Origin: an uncultured virus (IMG/VR IMGVR_UViG_3300042398_000686)
Taxonomy: Duplodnaviria > Heunggongvirae > Uroviricota > Caudoviricetes
IMG/VR virus record: IMGVR_UViG_3300042398_000686
Coordinates: 1 to 64,000 of that record
Strand: one strand, 5' to 3'
DNA: 64,000 bases
Below, piece by piece: positions 58,086 through 64,000 of this stretch. The notes under the pieces are model-generated. The model saw only the letters and a program-made list of their open reading frames with translations. It was not told the DNA's origin and ran no database searches. The position numbers and the translations under genes are program-made. Positions within the stretch are counted from its first letter, which is position 1, and the number at the start of each line of letters is the position of its first letter.

Positions 58086-58748
58086 TTATGAGTTTGATTT
58101 AGTTATTGTTAATGGTATTGTTATTCTAGCTCCACTATCTCTACCTAATACTGTAATTGTAGTTGTGATTTGATTTAAACCAGAACCAAATAATGTATTA
58201 ATAGTAGTACCAGTTAATGTAAACGAAGTACCTATAATAGTTTGACTTAATTGTGAACCTACTGTTGATGTAATACCTGTTGGTGTAGTTTCAGAACCAG
58301 CAACACCCGTTGCTGAGAATGTAGATAAGAATCTAACATCCGCAATTGTAACAGCGTACCCGTTAGCTTCAAATGTACTAGTAGCACCTAAGTAATTCAA
58401 TGTTTGAGGAGTAATTGTTAAAGTAGCTCCTTGTTTCAATGATATACTGTTATAACCAACATTAATAACAGGTAATTTAGATGTACCTCTAGGTAAAGTT
58501 GCTAATTTGTAAATCATTATCTGCGTATCATCAGGAAATGCTTCCATTACAGGCATAGCTTCAATAGCTTGTCCATAAAAAGCTGATCCTGAAGGGTGTT
58601 GTGGATTGTATAATGTATAATCTACTTCGTCGTCTGCCAAAGAGAATTGAGTGATTCTAAATGAACCATCATTTCTAGCTAATAATTCTCTTCCTTTAGC
58701 TGTTAAAATAGCATCTACGGTTACTGTATTATTGTTTAATATAGCCAT
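58086..58748 (-). CDS. Baseplate/tail-collar-like structural protein
   Basis: DAILT.KGRELLA...ITQFSLADDEVDY. Confidence 0.7.
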   Translation of the reverse strand: MAILNNNTVTVDAILTAKGRELLARNDGSFRITQFSLADDEVDYTLYNPQHPSGSAFYGQAIEAMPVMEAFPDDTQIMIYKLATLPRGTSKLPVINVGYNSISLKQGATLTITPQTLNYLGATSTFEANGYAVTIADVRFLSTFSATGVAGSETTPTGITSTVGSQLSQTIIGTSFTLTGTTINTLFGSGLNQITTTITVLGRDSGARITIPLTITKSNS

Positions 58749-58790
58749 TATTAATTAATTTGTTTATAAATATTATATATTTTAATTTTT

Positions 58791-61700
58791 TTATTGAGTT
58801 AAATTGATTCCTGCGTCAATTAATTGTTGTTTAGTATTAACTGTTATGACATCTATATTGTTTAAAACATTTTGTGCTATGTTTTGAGGGATTGAAAATC
58901 CATAAGATGTTTTTCCATTTGGTTTAATTAGGTTAACTATAATATTGGTTTCGTCATTTACACGTTTTAAGAAAATAATTTTAAAAAATTTATTACAACG
59001 ATCCTCAAAATACCCACTTATATCTTCTTTAGTTTGTATATAAACAATACCATTTCCACTATATATAATATTACTAACTGTGTATTCCAAGAAAGGTCCA
59101 TTTTCATCTATTACTTGAACAATAATTTTATCATTTTCTTGTAAAGCAAATGGATATAAAATATCTCCATATTCTAAATATAAATTAGCATATGATGAAG
59201 ATATTAAAGTATCTAACGGGTTAAATATATAATTAGTACTAAAGAAAGGGGATAACTGAGGTGATAGATAAAAAGAATTAGCAGCTTGATTAACACATAC
59301 AGACGAAGTTGTCACTAATAAAGAGTCATTAGTAGGAACTACCTGTAATATGCTATTATTAGTTCTAAGAAGAGAAGCTGTTACTGGGCCTACATTAGAT
59401 TCTACAAAAAATCTAAATCCAATTTTATCACCTACTACATAATTAAATTGGTCAATTTCTACTAGGAAATTTCTATTAAAGTTTAATGTTTGAGGTTGAG
59501 GTCCTGAAAATGGTCGTGATATAAATGTATATTTAGGAGTAGTAGGACTTCCTGGTATTCCTGACCCATCTTTTATCCAAATGGTCCCAGCAAAATAGCT
59601 TTGAATAGGAACATTATTTTGATCTATAAGTACAGGATTACCAACACCAACACCATCAATATCACTACCACCAATATCACTGTTAGAGGAGTCATCAAGA
59701 GCATTACCAATATAAACATAAACATTATAAGCAGAATATAGAGTATCTGCTAAAAACGTCTCCGTGCTTATTGGATTTGGGTTTATTCCATCATATGAAT
59801 ATAATATATACCCATTTAATAGTGTTTTATTTTGAGTAGGATCTGGTACGTATTGGGCCGGTCCTGAAAAATCTTCAAAAGAAGACAAAGTTCCATTATA
59901 GTAATTAGTTCTCATTTTAGCTGTTAAGCTTTGAGTACTTTCTGTTAACATACTTATACCTGAAGAGCCACTTTTCCATAATTGCATACTAGCTGTTAAT
60001 TCTGAGTTTAAAGGACCTTCTACAAAAATACTAAAATTGTATGTGAACATATAGTCCCCTTCTGTAGCTAATGTATAATATGAAGAAGTTAATACATTTC
60101 CAGCACCCGGACCAGTTCCAAAATTATAATATAATCCTAGATTGGAGTTAGGAGCCGTTAAACTAAACATATTCCAGACTTCATACTTATTTCCTGTTCC
60201 TAAATAACTTGAAGAAACATATTGGGTTGATGGATTTACTCCACCTGATACTATAAGACCTCCAGAGGGATATAGAGTAAAAAATCTATCAACAATTGCT
60301 GAGTTTCCTCCTCCTACAGTATTAAATATAGATTGTGATTCATAACTTGCAGATTCAAAACCAAACATGTAAAAAGTAGGGAAATAAGAATATCCACTTT
60401 CGTAAATAACTTTATTACCATTAGTTTGTGCTTGATTTGAATATTGTTGTGAATTAAATAAAGATACGTTTAATGAATTACCTGCTTTAAATGTGTTTTG
60501 TACTTCTTGCCAGTTTCTGTTTCTCTGGTTTAATTCAGTAAATCCTCCAACTTCATTAACTAGATATTTTAATTTAACATTTGATTTATAAGGTAATATA
60601 CTGTTTACAACTTCTGTAAATAATCCTAATTTTTTAGTATTATGAGTAATAACTGGAGATTGACCATATGCTACATCTCCTGGTGTCCATACATTATAAA
60701 ATCTACCAAATAATTGAACTCCATTATATCTTGAATTTACATGTGCATGTAAGCTTAAATATGAATCTTGTAGATCTACAGGTTCTTCAATAGAATATGA
60801 TGTAAAAACTCTTCCTAAACTATCAGTTGACATAATAGGAGTTAATTTTTTTCTAAAGCTAGATTCTAAACTTTTACTTACATTATTAAATAAAGCATTA
60901 AAACTTGAATTATAGAAAAAATTCTCATAAAATACGGCATTATAATCTAATATAAAATCAGTATTCCCACCCATAAACCCAGGAGGTACTACTCCTGCTG
61001 TATTGTTGACTAAATAAGGATTTATATTGTTTTCTTCAAAATATATGTAAGTATCAATAAATGAACCTGTAATTTCACCATTATAGTAAGCTACTTTATC
61101 TCCTGATAGATATTCGTAATATGGATCATATATAGGGATTATAGCAGCACCCGTTATAGCACCATCTAAATCTATCTGAACATTGGATACAGGTCTAGCT
61201 TCTGGTACTTTAGGGCGTTCTAATACTGGTGATTTAATAGATACCCCTGTCCAAGTATTACCTCTAGCAGGAGTAAAATCTTTAACCATTTTAAATAATG
61301 AATTGTCAAAGAATTGAATTAATCTAATAAACCCAGCATAGTCGAATCCTTCATTTGGATGTGTAAATGTTTGACCAAACCAATAATCTCTTTGGTATGA
61401 TAAAGAAGGATAATTATCTAAATATAAAGCTTGAGGATATGCTATATAGTCATCTATAACCCATGATGGGTTAGAAGCAGCTATAGAAGCAGATACAGCC
61501 TCATCTATTTGTGTTTGAGGTGAAAAAGATACATCAATAAAATGTAAATCTTGACTTTTAATTGCTCTAGATGATGTTGTAGTGGTTTCTAAACGTTTTA
61601 TAGGAGATAAAATACTTCCTGTGATGTTATTAGAACCAATTGATATTTTATCTGTTGTATATCCTTTTAAATCTTGGTAGTCGTTCATCCCACCATATTC

Positions 61701-63638
61701 TTTAATAGGAAGAATTGAACCAGTAATACCAAATAAGGTAATTAAGCCTTGTAAACCACCATGTGCACCTTTTCCTTTAAATAAGTAAGGTAAATTATGA
61801 TAAAGTCTTTTATAAGTATCTAGTACTAAATCTTTTCTAGGTACATTATTTAAAAAACTACTTGATGGTGAATAATCCCCATTATAACAAGGTCCTAAAT
61901 CTGTTACTGTAATTCCTGAAGTTAATGGTAAATAGCTTCCCGATATAGCGCATACTTCTGAAGTTCCATTAAATGGTGGTACGGATACAGCATCTGGGGT
62001 TCCATTACATGAGGTATAAGTTTGAAATAGAAAATTACCTGAGGTGTTAGTAAATCGGTAGCTAACACAATTAGGAGCAAAATCAACACTACCACTAAAT
62101 CCACCTACATTATAATCTAATACACTTTGGTTACCTTGAGAATTGTATAATTTCATCCCAAACGATTGTAACCAATCATATACTAAATCTTGAGATATAC
62201 CTTCATTTAGATTGTTATTATTATCCCATACATCTGTTAATTTATCTATATAAATCCAAACATTATCAAAATATTGACCTATCATTTCAACAAATACAAT
62301 ATATGGTAGATAATTGTCTGGATCATCTGTTATATATGATGGTATTGTGTTAACTAATATATCTTTATTTGTTAAATCAAACTCACCAGCTACTTCAATA
62401 GTATCGTTATACCAAGATTGAACTATAACTGATGATGAAGCATATAATGTGTATGGTTTTGTACTGTTAGATTTTGGATAAGGAGCAACGTTATAAATAA
62501 AATATGATCCTGATTCTAAAGCATATGTTGTTATACTTGAAGTTAAAGAACTAGAAGTATAGTATAAGTAAGTTTCAAATCCATCAAAACCACCTATTAC
62601 TGTATTTAAACTAGAACTTGCTCTTGTTACTTGATTTACTAAAGAAGCATTACTAGATGTTAATGGTGAAAGAGTACTAATTTCATATTGGTATCCTTCA
62701 ATTTCACCTATCTTATTTAAAAAATTATTTACTCTACTTGTAGCTGAACTGTAGTGAACAAATTCATTAAATGCACTATAATCTACATTTATATTTACAT
62801 TTTGATTTGTTAATGAATTTAATACGGCTTGATAAGATGAGCCTGTAAAAGATGTTACTAACTGATTTAAATTACTATATGGAGTAGGTACTACTTCTTT
62901 AATTTCTAAATCAATATCAAAATTAGGTCCTTTTAAAAAAGGTTGAGGAAGTGGAGTTGTTAACTTATCTAAATTAAGATCAAACACATAAGGATTAACA
63001 ATTTCTTCTACAATCCAAAATGTTGATTTTAAAGAAATATTAGCTGGTAATGGTTCATATAATTTAAATAATATGCTAACATTACCTGTTTGATCTACTT
63101 CACTTACTATATTTACAGCTACTACTTGATTATTATCACCGAAATTTAAAATAACATAGTAATAATAAGGAACATCAAGCTGTTTAGTAGCAAAATTTTC
63201 AGCTATGTCAATTAAGGCTTCATCAGTTAACTCAGTAGAATCTACACGTAATTCAGTTCTATCTGTAGATATTTGTTGAATAAACAATTGATTACTAAAT
63301 GGTTCACCTGATATTTTTCTAAAGAAATTATAACGAGATACAACTTCCCCAGACTCATATCCTAAATCCTGTATATCTTTAATAGGATCTATTTCAATAT
63401 CAGGAAGTAAGCTTTGTGAATATGCTGAATTGGATGGTAATTTATATGAATTATAATTGTAATCTGAATTAAGGATGTTTCCTCCTTGATCAAATAAAAA
63501 GTATTCAATATAATCCTGAGGTAAACCAAAGGTTTCCTGGTTTAAGATAGGATTAAGTAATTGTTCCTCTTGAGCAGTATAACGATTTATACGCTCAATA
63601 TCTGTAACTTGTCCTACTATTTTAATATTATCGGCCAT
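58791..63638 (-). CDS. Large baseplate wedge-like structural protein
   Basis: 1615 aa; F..MIGQYFD..W, YKRLYHNLPYL.K.KG, DF.PAR......I....LER motifs. Confidence 0.75.
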   Translation of the reverse strand: MADNIKIVGQVTDIERINRYTAQEEQLLNPILNQETFGLPQDYIEYFLFDQGGNILNSDYNYNSYKLPSNSAYSQSLLPDIEIDPIKDIQDLGYESGEVVSRYNFFRKISGEPFSNQLFIQQISTDRTELRVDSTELTDEALIDIAENFATKQLDVPYYYYVILNFGDNNQVVAVNIVSEVDQTGNVSILFKLYEPLPANISLKSTFWIVEEIVNPYVFDLNLDKLTTPLPQPFLKGPNFDIDLEIKEVVPTPYSNLNQLVTSFTGSSYQAVLNSLTNQNVNINVDYSAFNEFVHYSSATSRVNNFLNKIGEIEGYQYEISTLSPLTSSNASLVNQVTRASSSLNTVIGGFDGFETYLYYTSSSLTSSITTYALESGSYFIYNVAPYPKSNSTKPYTLYASSSVIVQSWYNDTIEVAGEFDLTNKDILVNTIPSYITDDPDNYLPYIVFVEMIGQYFDNVWIYIDKLTDVWDNNNNLNEGISQDLVYDWLQSFGMKLYNSQGNQSVLDYNVGGFSGSVDFAPNCVSYRFTNTSGNFLFQTYTSCNGTPDAVSVPPFNGTSEVCAISGSYLPLTSGITVTDLGPCYNGDYSPSSSFLNNVPRKDLVLDTYKRLYHNLPYLFKGKGAHGGLQGLITLFGITGSILPIKEYGGMNDYQDLKGYTTDKISIGSNNITGSILSPIKRLETTTTSSRAIKSQDLHFIDVSFSPQTQIDEAVSASIAASNPSWVIDDYIAYPQALYLDNYPSLSYQRDYWFGQTFTHPNEGFDYAGFIRLIQFFDNSLFKMVKDFTPARGNTWTGVSIKSPVLERPKVPEARPVSNVQIDLDGAITGAAIIPIYDPYYEYLSGDKVAYYNGEITGSFIDTYIYFEENNINPYLVNNTAGVVPPGFMGGNTDFILDYNAVFYENFFYNSSFNALFNNVSKSLESSFRKKLTPIMSTDSLGRVFTSYSIEEPVDLQDSYLSLHAHVNSRYNGVQLFGRFYNVWTPGDVAYGQSPVITHNTKKLGLFTEVVNSILPYKSNVKLKYLVNEVGGFTELNQRNRNWQEVQNTFKAGNSLNVSLFNSQQYSNQAQTNGNKVIYESGYSYFPTFYMFGFESASYESQSIFNTVGGGNSAIVDRFFTLYPSGGLIVSGGVNPSTQYVSSSYLGTGNKYEVWNMFSLTAPNSNLGLYYNFGTGPGAGNVLTSSYYTLATEGDYMFTYNFSIFVEGPLNSELTASMQLWKSGSSGISMLTESTQSLTAKMRTNYYNGTLSSFEDFSGPAQYVPDPTQNKTLLNGYILYSYDGINPNPISTETFLADTLYSAYNVYVYIGNALDDSSNSDIGGSDIDGVGVGNPVLIDQNNVPIQSYFAGTIWIKDGSGIPGSPTTPKYTFISRPFSGPQPQTLNFNRNFLVEIDQFNYVVGDKIGFRFFVESNVGPVTASLLRTNNSILQVVPTNDSLLVTTSSVCVNQAANSFYLSPQLSPFFSTNYIFNPLDTLISSSYANLYLEYGDILYPFALQENDKIIVQVIDENGPFLEYTVSNIIYSGNGIVYIQTKEDISGYFEDRCNKFFKIIFLKRVNDETNIIVNLIKPNGKTSYGFSIPQNIAQNVLNNIDVITVNTKQQLIDAGINLTQ

Positions 63639-63655
63639 TAACCATCAATTATTTA

Positions 63656-64000
63656 TTATTCAATTCTACCTGTTTGGGCTTCCAATGTAGCATTAGTTGT
63701 TTCGGCCTCCAACAGTTGTTGTCTTAAATCTGTTATTTCTTGTAATAAAGCTTGTATTTCATTATCATCTGATATTCTTACTCCCAAATACTCTGCTTCA
63801 CGTTCTAAAATAAATCTATGTGAATCTACATCTCCCTCTCTAGGTATTTCAGTAAATAATTCATCATATAATTCAAAAAAATTTTCTAAAGTTGTTTCAG
63901 GTGTTGTTGGTGGAACAGCATTAAGTTCACTAAATTGAGTATTAATTACTTTAGCAAACGTGTCTTTGTTATAAACTAAATTTCTAATTGGAATTACTTC
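63656..64000 (-). CDS. Partial hypothetical (structural cluster) protein, truncated by window edge
   Basis: Open frame EVIPIRNLVYNKDTF...FFELYDELF.EIP.EG..SH...LLQEITDLRQQLL...IE*. Confidence 0.7.
   Translation of the reverse strand, partial: EVIPIRNLVYNKDTFAKVINTQFSELNAVPPTTPETTLENFFELYDELFTEIPREGDVDSHRFILEREAEYLGVRISDDNEIQALLQEITDLRQQLLEAETTNATLEAQTGRIE

Noticed and set aside
61922..62104. 60-aa alternate-frame minus ORF
   Set aside because: Nested within the 1615-aa gene over the Cys module; no supporting signals.
1..64000. Stop-codon reassignment or tRNA genes
   Set aside because: Core genes are full length under the standard code, and no cloverleaf with T-loop consensus was seen in the short intergenic gaps.

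Overview
A 64-kb AT-rich segment of a large T4-like (contractile-tailed) bacteriophage genome; every credible gene is on the minus strand. In transcription order (high to low coordinates) it holds: baseplate genes; a GIY-YIG nuclease; DNA primase; a PD-(D/E)XK nuclease; a ~14-kb block of mostly unknown proteins with Lx(N/S/D)E-ended leaders (candidate capsid-internal cargo); a spanin-like pair; terminase, portal, prohead protease, scaffold and major capsid; PhoH; two GIY-YIG/NUMOD homing endonucleases; fibre genes; an RMT2/GAMT-like methyltransferase; neck genes; mucin-like Pro/Ser/Thr adhesins; a trypsin-like protease; tail sheath; tail tube; and a frameshifting tail-assembly chaperone. TTTG-N19-20-TAnnTTTR promoters, the near absence of Shine-Dalgarno sites and a Gln-rule signal peptide suggest a Bacteroidota host (inference). 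The most notable observations are: (1) the protease-leader cargo/polyprotein block; (2) a virion-surface display system (mucin stalks, a mobile 4-Cys module, a baseplate gene split by an adhesin cassette, a pervasive [S/T][G/A/S]S motif); (3) an ATATTTAT late-promoter candidate, oriented opposite to the T4 late promoter; (4) a +1/-2 frameshift on a T7 run; and (5) three candidate structured RNAs. All assignments come from reading motifs by eye; no database searches were run.
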